DNA of 64,000 bases from Pseudomonadota bacterium (GCA_021792335.1 JAJYUW010000001.1:16306-80305), one strand, 5' to 3'; positions 36,045-46,236 are shown, counted from the first letter of the stretch. The notes: generated by a model not told the origin, from the letters alone. Numbers and translations: made by a program.

Positions 36045-37298
36045 ATGACCGTCAGTGTCCACAATCCAGACCAGTACATGGCCAGTCTGCGGCAGATCAT
36101 TGCCCAGGGACGCAAGCGGATCGGCCTTCTGGTCGGGGCGGGCGCGCCGGCCGGCATCTTCCCTCCCGGCAGCGACAAGCCGCTGATCCCTGCTGTAGCA
36201 GGCCTCACCGACATGGTGATGGAAGCGCTGAAAGCCGACTACGGCAAGCCCCTGGACGCCGTACGGGTCGAACTCGAAACCCCGAACATCGAAACGATCC
36301 TGTCGCGGGTGCGCAGCTTGGCCGGCGTCATTGGCAAGACGAAGGTCCATGACCTCGACGGGGAGGGGTACAAGAAGCTGAGTGAGGCGATCTGCGAGCA
36401 GATCGGCACCATCGTCAACAAACCCCTTCATGACGGTCCTTCGCCGTACACCGAGTTCGTGACGTGGATCAGTGGTACGGGACGCGAACACCCGGTGGAA
36501 ATTTTCACCACCAACTACGACCTGCTGTTCGAGCAAGCGCTGGAGCGTACACGCGTTCCGTTTTTCGACGGCTTCAGCGGCGCCAGCGAGCCTTTCTTCG
36601 ATCCCTCTTCGGTGGCGAGCAATGACCTGCCGGCGCGCTGGACGCGCTTGTGGAAGCTGCATGGCTCGCTCGGCTGGGCCGCCAATGCGCAAGGCGAGGT
36701 GGTGCGCACGGGCCAAGCCAATGCGACGCATCTGGTGTTTCCGGAACACCTCAAGTACGACCAGACGCAAAAGGCACCATACGCCGCGCTCTTCGACAGG
36801 CTGCGTGCATTCCTGATGACGCCAGACACGCTGCTGATCGCGACCGGGTTTTCCTTCGCTGACGCGCACATTTCAGCGCGGATCGATGAATGCCTGGCCG
36901 CCAATCCGTCGGCCAGCGTGTTCGCGTTCCAGTTCAAACCGCTCGAACAAGAAATCCATGCCCGCGACATCGCGGGGCGTCGCGCCAATATGAGCTTGTA
37001 TTCCCCGGACAAGGCCATGATCAATGGTATCGCGGCGCCTTGGATGCCGGGTGATCTGCCCACGCGCGACTGGGGCGCCATTCGGGCAACCTACTGGGGC
37101 ATCGATGAAAAGAGCGGCACCGCGCAATTCCAGTTGGGCCGATTCGACCGGCTCGCGCGGTTCTTCGCGTCATCACGCGCCGCCCAGCACTTTCCCTCTG
37201 CTGCACTGGATGTGGATGCAGCGGTTGCTGTCGCGCTGACACCGCCGGACGCTGCTGTCGCGTTGCCTGCGACCGCACCCGTTGACGGTGCCGCATGA
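36045..37298 (+). CDS. SIR2-family NADase of a SIR2-HerA defence system
   Basis: 'LLVGAGA', 'FTTNYDLLFE', 'KLHGSL', 'GFSFADAHI'. Confidence 0.92.
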   Translation: MTVSVHNPDQYMASLRQIIAQGRKRIGLLVGAGAPAGIFPPGSDKPLIPAVAGLTDMVMEALKADYGKPLDAVRVELETPNIETILSRVRSLAGVIGKTKVHDLDGEGYKKLSEAICEQIGTIVNKPLHDGPSPYTEFVTWISGTGREHPVEIFTTNYDLLFEQALERTRVPFFDGFSGASEPFFDPSSVASNDLPARWTRLWKLHGSLGWAANAQGEVVRTGQANATHLVFPEHLKYDQTQKAPYAALFDRLRAFLMTPDTLLIATGFSFADAHISARIDECLAANPSASVFAFQFKPLEQEIHARDIAGRRANMSLYSPDKAMINGIAAPWMPGDLPTRDWGAIRATYWGIDEKSGTAQFQLGRFDRLARFFASSRAAQHFPSAALDVDAAVAVALTPPDAAVALPATAPVDGAA

Positions 37299-39337
37299 AT
37301 TCGAAGCCGACACTGCTTGGCCATGTTGGTGCCGTGACCGGCGCTGCGGTCAGTGTGCGTCAGTCGCCGAGCGTGGCATCCGGCATCGCAATCATTGGTG
37401 GGAAAAGCTACCGAATCGGCCAAGTTGGCAGCTTCGTGCGCATCCCGCAGGGCTACCACGACCTGTACGGCATCGTCGCCGAAGTCGGCGCGAATGCGGC
37501 ACCGGAAGCGGCGCGCGAACCGAATGATCGTGGCGACCGCTGGATGACGATCCAGCTCGTGGGAGAGATCGTCGGCGCCTCATTCGAGCGTGGCATCAGC
37601 CAGTACCCGAACGTCAAGGACGAAGTCCATCTCGTGACCGAAGAAGATCTCGCGGTCATCTACGGCACGCAAGATGGCGGCCAAGTGATGATCGGACGGC
37701 TCGCGAGTGCTGAGGGCATCCCCGTCCGCATCGATCTCGACAAACTCATTACCCGTCACAGCGCCGTGCTGGGTTCGACGGGAGCGGGCAAATCCACGAC
37801 CGTCGCCAGCTTGCTGCGATCGATCGCGTTGGGCGGAAGGGCAGAGGGCGGCACCGGGTTTCCGAGTGCGCGGATTTTGCTGCTGGATATTCATGGCGAG
37901 TATGGTCGCGCGCTGCGCTCGGTATCAACCGTGTTTCGCGTCAATCCGAGTGCTGATGAACAGCCATTGCACATCCCGTTTTGGGCGCTTGACCCGGCCG
38001 ATCTCCTCGCCTTCTTGATGGGTAAGCTCGACGACAAGCCGCTGTCACAGATTCTTGATCGCATCTTTGACTACAAGACCAAGCTGGTGAACGACACGTC
38101 GGTTGCCGGTCTGGACCTCAACTCGATGACGGCCGACAGTCCCGTTCCGTTCAGTCTAAAAAAGCTCTGGTTCGAATTGCTGGAACCGGAAATCAAGACA
38201 TGGGCTGACCAACCGCGAACGCAGCCGGCGTTGGATGAAGCCGGTGATGCAGCGACGCTGAAAGCGCCGCGCTATAAACCTCATGGGGCCGGGTCCTCAG
38301 CGCCTTTCATCAATCAGATCGGCGTGCTGGGCATCCGCCGTCCTTTGGATCAGATGCGATCCCGCTTGCTGGACCGCCAATACGATTTCCTATTGCATCC
38401 TGGTGAATGGGAACCCGACCTCAGTGGCAAAGCCGCGAAGGACTTGCCAGAACTGCTGCAGGCGTGGCTGGGGCATGACAAGCCCATCACGATCCTCGAT
38501 CTATCCGGGATTCCCAGCACCGTGGTCGCCCGTCTGATCGGTGCAATTCTCAAGATCATCTATGAGGGGCTCTTTTGGGGCAGGGAGAAGAGCGAGGGTG
38601 GTATCGCAAGGCCTTTGCTTGTGGTGATGGAGGAAGCGCACCGCTATCTCTCCAAAGACGCCGATGGGCCAGCGCGCGCCATGGTTCAACGGATCGTGAA
38701 GGAAGGGCGCAAGTTCGGTATCGGTGCAATGGTCGTCAGCCAGCGTCCGTCTGAAGTCGACGAAACCATTCTCTCTCAGTGCGGCACGTTCATCGCGCTG
38801 CGTCTCTCGAACTCATCGGATCGCGCGAAGGTTCAGGCATCGTTGCCGGACAACCTGGCGGGCGTGGTTGACAGTCTGCCTGTGCTGCGCGTTGGAGAGG
38901 CCATCATCACCGGCGAGGCGGCGCGCCTTCCTATCCGTTGTCGTATCACCCTGCCGGACGAGAAGCATCGACCGAATAGCGAAGACCCTGCTGTCGCCAA
39001 GCGCTGGCAGGGTGCTCGTCTGACGGAAAGCTACGAACGTGTTGCGGCGTCCTGGCGCGCACAAAACCCTACCTGGACCACATTGCGCGTGTTGCGCACC
39101 CCGGTTTCAAAAGAGGAGATAGAAAGCATGGAACGAGAAATGGTGGATTCATCGACAGTGCTATCCATTGGCTACGAGCCGACGAGCAGCACGCTCGAAG
39201 TCGAGTTCAAGAGCGGTGGGCTCTATCAGTATTACAACGTTCCCGAACCGATCTATCAGCAGCTCATGGCATCGGACTCGAAGGGCAAGTTTCTCCACAC
39301 CTACATCAAGCCTGCCTATCCGTGCTCGCGGGTGTGA
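37295..39337 (+). CDS. herA: HerA-family ATPase with C-terminal KTSC domain
   Basis: HAS barrel 'GQVGSFVRI', Walker A 'GSTGAGKS', 'EEAHRY', 'EGRKFG...SQRPSE'; tail 'SS...SIGYE....TLEVEFKSGGLYQYYNVP..IY..LMASDSKGKF' fits KTSC. Confidence 0.9.
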   Translation: MNSKPTLLGHVGAVTGAAVSVRQSPSVASGIAIIGGKSYRIGQVGSFVRIPQGYHDLYGIVAEVGANAAPEAAREPNDRGDRWMTIQLVGEIVGASFERGISQYPNVKDEVHLVTEEDLAVIYGTQDGGQVMIGRLASAEGIPVRIDLDKLITRHSAVLGSTGAGKSTTVASLLRSIALGGRAEGGTGFPSARILLLDIHGEYGRALRSVSTVFRVNPSADEQPLHIPFWALDPADLLAFLMGKLDDKPLSQILDRIFDYKTKLVNDTSVAGLDLNSMTADSPVPFSLKKLWFELLEPEIKTWADQPRTQPALDEAGDAATLKAPRYKPHGAGSSAPFINQIGVLGIRRPLDQMRSRLLDRQYDFLLHPGEWEPDLSGKAAKDLPELLQAWLGHDKPITILDLSGIPSTVVARLIGAILKIIYEGLFWGREKSEGGIARPLLVVMEEAHRYLSKDADGPARAMVQRIVKEGRKFGIGAMVVSQRPSEVDETILSQCGTFIALRLSNSSDRAKVQASLPDNLAGVVDSLPVLRVGEAIITGEAARLPIRCRITLPDEKHRPNSEDPAVAKRWQGARLTESYERVAASWRAQNPTWTTLRVLRTPVSKEEIESMEREMVDSSTVLSIGYEPTSSTLEVEFKSGGLYQYYNVPEPIYQQLMASDSKGKFLHTYIKPAYPCSRV

Positions 39338-39376
39338 GTCAACGCGCCATTTCGAAATAGGGAGGAGGACACGACG

Positions 39377-41278
39377 ATGTGGACAGACAACGAGACTGCG
39401 CAGGATTTTCTGAATTTTGGCGGCATTGCTAAAACTGTCGCTGAGATCATCGAACAGGCTCAATCACGGCCTATCTCTATTGGTGTCTCCGGCGCGTGGG
39501 GTGTCGGCAAGTCTTCGATGATCAAGCTGATCCGCACTGAACTGTCGGCCCGGCCCACTGAGAAGGGGCAAGCTCCTGGTACGGGTGATGCGGAGGAGCC
39601 GAGCAGTTTCATCTTCGTCGAGTTCAATGCGTGGCTCTATCAAGGATATGACGACGCACGCGCCGCATTGATCGAAGTGGTCGCTTCGACGTTGGCAAAG
39701 GAAGCCGAGGAACGAAAGACCGGGATAGACAAAGCAAAGGACCTGCTCGAACGGGTTAACTGGTTTCGCGCGATCAAGCTATCGGCCAGTTCTGCGGTCT
39801 CGCTTGCATTGGGGTTGCCACCGACGGGCCTGCTCGGGGAACTTTGGGGATTTGGCAAGAGCGTGGTCGCGGGTCAAGTCGATCAAGAATCCATCGACGC
39901 AGCCAAGTCCGCCGCAGGGAAAGCCAGCGAGTCGGCGGCAGGCTTGATCAAGCCAAAAAAAACCACCTCGCCTCCAAAGGAAATTGAAGCTCTTCGCAAG
40001 AGTTTCGAAGATGTGCTGAAAGAGATGGGCGTCACATTGGTGGTGCTGATCGACGATCTGGATCGGTGCCTTCCGGAAACCACGATCTCCACGCTGGAAG
40101 CGATTCGCCTCCTTCTGTTCCTGGAGCACACGGCGTTCGTCATCGCTGCCGACGATCAGATGATCAAGCACGCAGTCAAGCGGCACTTCCAGGGCGTCGA
40201 CGACGAGCTTGTCATCAACTACTTCGACAAGCTCATTCAAGTGCCGATTCGCGTCCCGCCGTTGGGGACGCAAGAGGTCCGCGCGTACATGATGATGCTG
40301 TTCGTCGAGAACAGCAGCCTTGATCCCAAAGAAAAGGAACGGCTTCGGGCGGGGGTGTGCTCGCAGTTGAGTCGAACCTGGCAAGGTAAACGCGTCGATC
40401 TCAAGTTCCTCAGAGGTTTGAACGACAAGCTGCCGGATGAATTGATCGCACGCCTCGACGCTGCGGATCGGCTTGCACCGTTGATGACTAGCGCCACCGG
40501 CATCGCAGGCAATCCCCGGCTGATCAAGCGCTTCCTCAATGCGTTGTCGATTCGCATGTCGATGTCTCGCGCCCAAGGTGTCGGGGTGGATGAATCCGAA
40601 CTCGCCAAGGTGCTCCTTTTCGAGCGGTGTGGTGACCCCAAGGCATATGTAGAGCTGATCAAATCCGTCACTGAGAGCGCCGACGGAAAGCCAGCATTCC
40701 TCGTCGAATGGGAGCAAAAGGCCATCGCTGGGGAGGCGGTTCAACACAAGGCACCATGGGATGACTCGTTCATCACCGAATGGCTGCGCCTGCCGCCGCA
40801 ACTCGGGGGGCGTGACCTGCGGGGCGCCCTCTATGTCAGCCGTGAGCACGCGCCCCTGATCACCCCGGAGGATCGACTATCAGCGGAAGCTGCCGATCTC
40901 TTGGAAGGGCTTTTGGAACATCCCGATATGGCCAACAGCATCAAGGATCGACTTGTGGCGCTGCCGCGATCCGAAATGTCCGTGATCATGGATCGTTTGC
41001 TTGGTCGTGCTCGGCAAGAGCAGGAGTGGGGAACGCCTCCGATCTTGGATGCCTGCATGGCGGTAGCGGTTGCGGATGCCCCACAGGGTCAGCGCTTGGC
41101 AGGCTTCTTGAGAGAGCGTCCGGCGGTGCAAATCAAGGCGAGCATCGTCCCCAAGATCGGGGATGAACTGTGGTCGAAGAATGTATTCGACGCTTGGAGT
41201 GATGACGACGACATCACTAAGCCGGTGAAGAACGCGATAAAAGCCAGGAGAGGAAATGGGAACGTCCCAGTCAAGTAG
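39377..41278 (+). CDS. qatA: QatA KAP-family P-loop NTPase
   Basis: 'MWTDNET..DFLNF', 'GAWGVGKSS', 'IDDLDRCLP', 'GNPRLIKRFLN'. Confidence 0.9.
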   Translation: MWTDNETAQDFLNFGGIAKTVAEIIEQAQSRPISIGVSGAWGVGKSSMIKLIRTELSARPTEKGQAPGTGDAEEPSSFIFVEFNAWLYQGYDDARAALIEVVASTLAKEAEERKTGIDKAKDLLERVNWFRAIKLSASSAVSLALGLPPTGLLGELWGFGKSVVAGQVDQESIDAAKSAAGKASESAAGLIKPKKTTSPPKEIEALRKSFEDVLKEMGVTLVVLIDDLDRCLPETTISTLEAIRLLLFLEHTAFVIAADDQMIKHAVKRHFQGVDDELVINYFDKLIQVPIRVPPLGTQEVRAYMMMLFVENSSLDPKEKERLRAGVCSQLSRTWQGKRVDLKFLRGLNDKLPDELIARLDAADRLAPLMTSATGIAGNPRLIKRFLNALSIRMSMSRAQGVGVDESELAKVLLFERCGDPKAYVELIKSVTESADGKPAFLVEWEQKAIAGEAVQHKAPWDDSFITEWLRLPPQLGGRDLRGALYVSREHAPLITPEDRLSAEAADLLEGLLEHPDMANSIKDRLVALPRSEMSVIMDRLLGRARQEQEWGTPPILDACMAVAVADAPQGQRLAGFLRERPAVQIKASIVPKIGDELWSKNVFDAWSDDDDITKPVKNAIKARRGNGNVPVK

Positions 41279-42116
41279 CGGTTCTCCCTCGGGGGTGCCA
41301 ATGGTTCCTCCGTGGGTTCCGGATATCCCGCTTCCGGCGCTTCCTGCTGAAGGCGCGCCGCCTGGCGCAGTGCCGGAGCAAGGGGAAGCATCGGAGCAGA
41401 CCCCCCCGAGCCCTGAGCCTCGCCAACCGATTCCAGTAGCGCCCAGGGGTCGATTTCTTGGGGCCAATAGAAATTTCGGGGACTATGCCCGCAGCGGCGA
41501 TGGTGCAAGCATGCGTCGCGGCCTTGGGCAGTACGTCAAAAAGGGGTATGGAGGAAGTGCGACAGCGACCCGGCGCATGGGTGGGACGGCTCAGACTGCG
41601 CAAGCTCTGTATTCGGCACTTTCCGGCGGGCCAGGTAATCCGTATGCCGCGCCAGGAAGCCCGCTCGATCCCGCGCTTATTGCCGGCCGGTCAGCTGATG
41701 AGGTGATGGATGCAGTTGTTGAGGCAGTGCGACCGGTCGATGGCACGCAAGATACCGAAGCGAGTCGGACTTCTATCAAGGACGCGTTGTCCGATGTGTT
41801 AAAGCAGTACCCCGATGCCGATCTGCGAGACCTTCAGCAGGAACAGCGTGACTTGGCGATAGAACGCTTCGTCGCCAGCGATGTGTATCGGCGCATTGAC
41901 TTGGATCTCGGCAAGACAATACAAGAAAAATCCCCCAATGCCATCACCGGACTGGGCCGCCTGAAAGAGGTTCGTGAGTATGTTCGAGAGACCGTTGCGG
42001 CGTCTTTCAGAAAGCTTCGAGAGGCGGGCCAAGGGCTGGCTGCCGGGAAGATTACCCAGATCGTGCAGAACGCGCTCCGTGAGACCTTCCAAGTTTTCGA
42101 AGGGTATGCCGAATGA
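41256..42116 (+). CDS. qatB: QatB
   Basis: 'MGTSQSSSG....P.VPPW' start; position between qatA and qatC. Confidence 0.85.
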   Translation: MGTSQSSSGSPSGVPMVPPWVPDIPLPALPAEGAPPGAVPEQGEASEQTPPSPEPRQPIPVAPRGRFLGANRNFGDYARSGDGASMRRGLGQYVKKGYGGSATATRRMGGTAQTAQALYSALSGGPGNPYAAPGSPLDPALIAGRSADEVMDAVVEAVRPVDGTQDTEASRTSIKDALSDVLKQYPDADLRDLQQEQRDLAIERFVASDVYRRIDLDLGKTIQEKSPNAITGLGRLKEVREYVRETVAASFRKLREAGQGLAAGKITQIVQNALRETFQVFEGYAE

Positions 42117-43390
42117 AAATTGCCTGCGCACTTTCCGATTTCAATTTCGCCGGCACACCGAGTGAGCTCGACGTTGTGCTGTATGGAAACGCTAGCGACC
42201 CTATGCGTGGGTCTGCAGGCGGAGCCCTGAAGCACGCTATCGCCCGGGAGAAGATAGTTCCTGCGGCGCGAGCATGGGATCTGTTGTCATTGGCTTTGGC
42301 TGTGGTGTCGGCCGATCTCGCTGGACACCGCGAGCGCAGCCCTGACGGATGGACCCGAGAGTTCGAGCTGACAGTGTCAGTAGTCGACGTGCAATTTTGG
42401 AATGCTAATGCGGGTACGCTGCAACAGCTGCTGGCGTTTCTCAGCACGGATCGATGGACGCTGCGTTTCGTGGAGGGAGGCATTCTTCCGCAACCTGATC
42501 CCCAAGCAATACACCCTATGGAGGATTGTGTTGTCTTGTTGTCAGGCGGCCTTGATAGTTACATTGGGGCCATCGATCTTGCGGCGGCTGGAAAGAAGCC
42601 TCTAGCTGTAAGCCAGATGGTGCGAGGGGACGGCAAGAATCAAGTGGCCTTTGCTGCGGAGATCGGGGGTGGGCTTCGGCACTTTCAAGTCAATCACAAC
42701 GCCGATGTACCGGACTCCGAAAATCCGCCATCCCAGCGCGCGCGTTCGATTGTGTTTCTCGCATATGGCGTATTCATGGCAACAACGCTGGCTCGCTATC
42801 ACGCGGGTGATCAAGTTCCCCTATACGTATGCGAGAACGGTTTCATCGCAATCAATCCGCCACTGACCGGGGGAAGGCTTGGCAGTCTCAGCACGCGCAC
42901 GACACATCCGGCTGTGCTTTCGCTGCTGCAACAAGTACTGGATGCGGCCGGACTGCGCGTAAAAATCGTCAACCCTTATCGCTTCAAAACGAAAGGGGAG
43001 ATGCTGCGTGAATGTGCGGATCAGAAGCTGCTCGAAGCACATGCGTTCCAGACAACCAGCTGTGGTCGATTCAAGAAGTTTGGCTACAAGCACTGCGGAC
43101 GCTGCGTACCTTGTCTTGTTCGGCGCGCGGCTTTTCATAACTGGCAGGGAACAGACTCGACGTACTATGTGTACGACGACCTGGCAATAGATGACGATGA
43201 GCACGCTGGCTTTGATGACGTTCGCTCGGCCTTAATCGGAATCGCCGAACGTCGTGAGTTGGGTACTGCACGCTGGCTCGGTTCGACGCTGAGTTCGGGA
43301 CTTGTTATGGATAAGCAAGAACTGGCACTGACGGTCGAACGAGGGTTGAATGAGATGGAAGCGCTTTTGCTCGGACTTGGTGTTCGATGA
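42113..43390 (+). CDS. qatC: QatC QueC-like protein
   Basis: 'LLSGGLDS', 'ENGFIAIN', 'STRTTHP', 'HCGRCVPCLVRR'. Confidence 0.92.
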   Translation: MKIACALSDFNFAGTPSELDVVLYGNASDPMRGSAGGALKHAIAREKIVPAARAWDLLSLALAVVSADLAGHRERSPDGWTREFELTVSVVDVQFWNANAGTLQQLLAFLSTDRWTLRFVEGGILPQPDPQAIHPMEDCVVLLSGGLDSYIGAIDLAAAGKKPLAVSQMVRGDGKNQVAFAAEIGGGLRHFQVNHNADVPDSENPPSQRARSIVFLAYGVFMATTLARYHAGDQVPLYVCENGFIAINPPLTGGRLGSLSTRTTHPAVLSLLQQVLDAAGLRVKIVNPYRFKTKGEMLRECADQKLLEAHAFQTTSCGRFKKFGYKHCGRCVPCLVRRAAFHNWQGTDSTYYVYDDLAIDDDEHAGFDDVRSALIGIAERRELGTARWLGSTLSSGLVMDKQELALTVERGLNEMEALLLGLGVR

Positions 43391-44136
43391 TCGACTTCCA
43401 TGCACACCTTGATTTGTATCCGGACCCAACTGCCGTGGTAAGGGAGTGCACTGCTCGTGGCATGTACGTGTTGTCAGTCACGACCACACCGAGTGCTTGG
43501 AGAGGCACTTCGGCGCTGGTGGCGGATGGCTCACGCATTCGGACTGCGCTGGGACTTCACCCTCAGATTGCGCACCAGCGTAAGAGCGAGCTTGGAATGT
43601 TTGATGATTACTTGTCCGAGGCCTCATACGTCGGTGAAATCGGCCTCGATGGCGCTCCTGAGTTCAAGCGATATTGGCAGGAGCAGATAGTCGTGTTCGA
43701 TCACATCTTGGGCGCATGCAGTCGCGCCGGCGGACGCATCATGACGATACACAGTCGTCGGGCGTCGACAGCAGTGCTGGAACGCCTGGAAGCATTTCCG
43801 GGCGCCGGTACGCCAATCCTGCATTGGTTCTCTGGTAGCAAGCGTGATCTGGAGCGTGCAGTTGCGCTTGGTTGTTGGTTCAGCGTCGGTCCGACGATGC
43901 TTCTCGCGGAAAAATCCCGGGGCCTGGTTCGCCACATGCCGCACGATCGTGTTCTTACCGAAACAGACGGGCCCTTTGCTCAGATCGAAGGGCGGAGCGC
44001 GATGCCATGGGATGCGCAGAGGGCAACGACTGGACTAGCATCGCTTTGGAACGTATCAGAGTCCGAAGCCGAACATGTGCTGCATACCAACCTGAGCGCA
44101 CTTGTAGCCCAGAACAGCGAAGAGGGATTGCATTAG
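43387..44136 (+). CDS. qatD: QatD TatD-family nuclease
   Basis: 'DFHAHLD', 'GLHP', 'VGEIGLD', 'HSRR', 'LTETDGPF'. Confidence 0.93.
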   Translation: MIDFHAHLDLYPDPTAVVRECTARGMYVLSVTTTPSAWRGTSALVADGSRIRTALGLHPQIAHQRKSELGMFDDYLSEASYVGEIGLDGAPEFKRYWQEQIVVFDHILGACSRAGGRIMTIHSRRASTAVLERLEAFPGAGTPILHWFSGSKRDLERAVALGCWFSVGPTMLLAEKSRGLVRHMPHDRVLTETDGPFAQIEGRSAMPWDAQRATTGLASLWNVSESEAEHVLHTNLSALVAQNSEEGLH

Positions 44137-44300
44137 CGTGATCACCTGCGAAGATGAAGTGTCAGCGCGGCGCTTAACTCAAGGTTTCAGCGGACGGGAG
44201 CGTTGCTACCCTTGTGCCGCTGCAGAGGGGTTTCGATGGCCCGAATGTCTTAGCTGCTGCTGCCGATAGTTGACGATGATGCGGAAGAGTACTCCTCGCT

Positions 44301-44352
44301 CAAGTCATATGCAAAAACAGATAAGCGATGCGACTTTGTTGCATATGACTTG
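44301..44352. repeat. Perfect 14-bp inverted repeat CAAGTCATATGCAA upstream of the Schlafen gene
   Basis: Arms at 44301-44314 and 44339-44352. Confidence 0.8.
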
Positions 44353-44391
44353 GGGATTTTAGCGCAGTTTAGACAGCTGGCATGGAGAAAT

Positions 44392-45750
44392 ATGGTGCGT
44401 GAATTCACAGATAAGCCACCCAGCAAACTCATCGAACGGCTTCAGGCCAGTCGTGATGTTCGCCGCTTCCGGCGGCGCGCAGTGCTGACAAACGGAAATG
44501 GCCATTGGGAACTGGTTTGTTGCACGGTTGAAGGATTTCTACTTGATGAGAGCACTCCTCAATCAGTTGCCTCACGGCGCTACCGGCAAGCCGTCCTTTG
44601 CGAAGAGTTTCTTACCGGAGAAGAATGTCTGCGCTTCGTGAGTGAACTCCAAGAGGGCCATGCCCAATACGGTGATATCGATCTTCAGCGCGGCCAGAAT
44701 TCGCAGTGGACCACTGAACTCCTGCCGGTGAACAATGACTATATGGCCCGCGCAGGCTATGTAATCAGTCTGGGATTCGCGCAGCATGGCACAAGGGCAT
44801 CGGTTAGCGCATTATTGGCAGCCGACCAGCCCTACTATCCTGAAATCGATGATGCCGCGCGCGACTGGTTGCCGTTCCCCGTGTATCACGGGCATAGCGA
44901 TGCGAGAAACGATCAGATCATTTTCCTACTACCGGAAACGCGGGCGTTTATTGCCAGCGCCATCTTCTCGGAGAAAGGAACGCTCGACATTACTGTGGGG
45001 GGCGCCGAAGTTGACATATTGTCCCTCCTGATCAAGGGCGCTTACTGGGAAGAAAAATCGATACACCACTTCGACACGGACGTCAGCGACGCAAAGGCTG
45101 CGCTCGTAGTGCCGGGAGATGCGGACCGTCTTGAGTATTACCTGATCGACCGCGAAGAAACTGTCTACGACTTCCACCGGGAAGATCGATTTTCACGGCT
45201 CACACCGAACAGAAATACGCTTGGTTCAGTCAAGCGTGCCTTGGAAGATCAAGTCCGTGGAGCCTGCCGCGACGGGGAAGGGTTGCACGTCGAGTTCAAG
45301 CCATTTGTTGCGCCAGAGCAGAAACTCAGTTCAGGCAGTCAGAAAACCAAGTTGCGCGAGGTGATCACGACCGTTGTCGCATTTGCAAACACCGAGGGTG
45401 GGCATATTTACCTTGGCGTTGACGACGACTGCACCATCACTGGTGTCGACCAGTACCTGCAGAAGTGGGCCGAGAGTGCCGTCGATGACTCCGTTATCAA
45501 TCGGTATCTTGGCGCACTCAAGAACAAAATTAAGGAAGTCGTGCATGGAGAAGTGGAGCTGCATTTGGCGCACACGGTGATAAGCGACGCCCTTGTAGTT
45601 GTTATCGAAGTTCCACCTGCGCCAATCAAGCCAATCTCGCTACAGCAGGATCAGCATCTCTATGTGCGCACGGGGGCGAGCAATCGAAAGTTGCCGCCCG
45701 ACCAATGGAAGAACGTTCTGCAGTCTGACAAGTTGCGCTCGTTGCTCTGA
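44392..45750 (+). CDS. Protein with unknown N-terminal region and C-terminal Schlafen/AlbA_2 domain
   Basis: 'EGLHVEFK', 'VVAFANTEGGHIYLGVDD', 'YVRTGASNR'. Confidence 0.85.
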   Translation: MVREFTDKPPSKLIERLQASRDVRRFRRRAVLTNGNGHWELVCCTVEGFLLDESTPQSVASRRYRQAVLCEEFLTGEECLRFVSELQEGHAQYGDIDLQRGQNSQWTTELLPVNNDYMARAGYVISLGFAQHGTRASVSALLAADQPYYPEIDDAARDWLPFPVYHGHSDARNDQIIFLLPETRAFIASAIFSEKGTLDITVGGAEVDILSLLIKGAYWEEKSIHHFDTDVSDAKAALVVPGDADRLEYYLIDREETVYDFHREDRFSRLTPNRNTLGSVKRALEDQVRGACRDGEGLHVEFKPFVAPEQKLSSGSQKTKLREVITTVVAFANTEGGHIYLGVDDDCTITGVDQYLQKWAESAVDDSVINRYLGALKNKIKEVVHGEVELHLAHTVISDALVVVIEVPPAPIKPISLQQDQHLYVRTGASNRKLPPDQWKNVLQSDKLRSLL

Positions 45751-45953
45751 ACTTCTTGGGAAGAGAGATATGTGTTCGAGAAGATGCTGGCAAGTTTTAT
45801 TTAATCTCTTCAATCGTAGCTGGATTGCGATTTGATATAATTTTTTAAGCGAAGGACTTCCGCAATTGACGGCGATTGTTGACGATTGATGGGCTGGAGT
45901 AGTCGCCGCGCAAACCGAGTCCATCTCCCACGCCAGCAAAAGCGCTCATTAAT

Positions 45954-45974
45954 TGACGGTAAAAGTGACGGTAA
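45954..45974 (+). repeat. Arm-type direct repeat pair TGACGGTAA x2 (12-bp period)
   Basis: 81 bp upstream of att core 2. Confidence 0.7.
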
Positions 45975-46034
45975 ATGTCGATGCTGGATTTCAATATAGC
46001 CAATGCCCACGCTGGTTTCCAGCCATTGGAAACA

Positions 46035-46049
46035 ATTGAATGGGAGTGA
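46035..46049 (+). other. att core 2, guaA 3'-end-like (ATTGAATGGGAGTGA = IEWE*)
   Basis: Synonymous variant of core 1, preceded by ACA (Thr); flanked by arm repeats. Confidence 0.78.
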
Positions 46050-46194
46050 CAGGGACTATTGACGTCTATTAGAGGCTATTGATAACACTCGAAAAATCAA
46101 TCGTCTATAGCAAAACGGCATATTGATTTTTCGGAAGAATTTGGCCCAGCATTCGTCTGGTGACGGTATTGAGGAAAGGTCAACGAGCGCCAAA

Positions 46195-46236
46195 CCTGAT
46201 ACCGTCAACCGAATTTTTCGGATTGACGGTATCAGG
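46195..46236. repeat. 14-bp perfect inverted repeat CCTGATACCGTCAA / TTGACGGTATCAGG (arm-type sites)
   Basis: Same position relative to the core as the 30231/30255 pair. Confidence 0.75.

Larger units (their letters stand above)
30051..46049. mobile_element. guaA-targeting defence island with inactivated P4-like integrase
   Basis: Bounded by two att-core copies; integrase at the left end; multiple defence systems. Confidence 0.8.
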
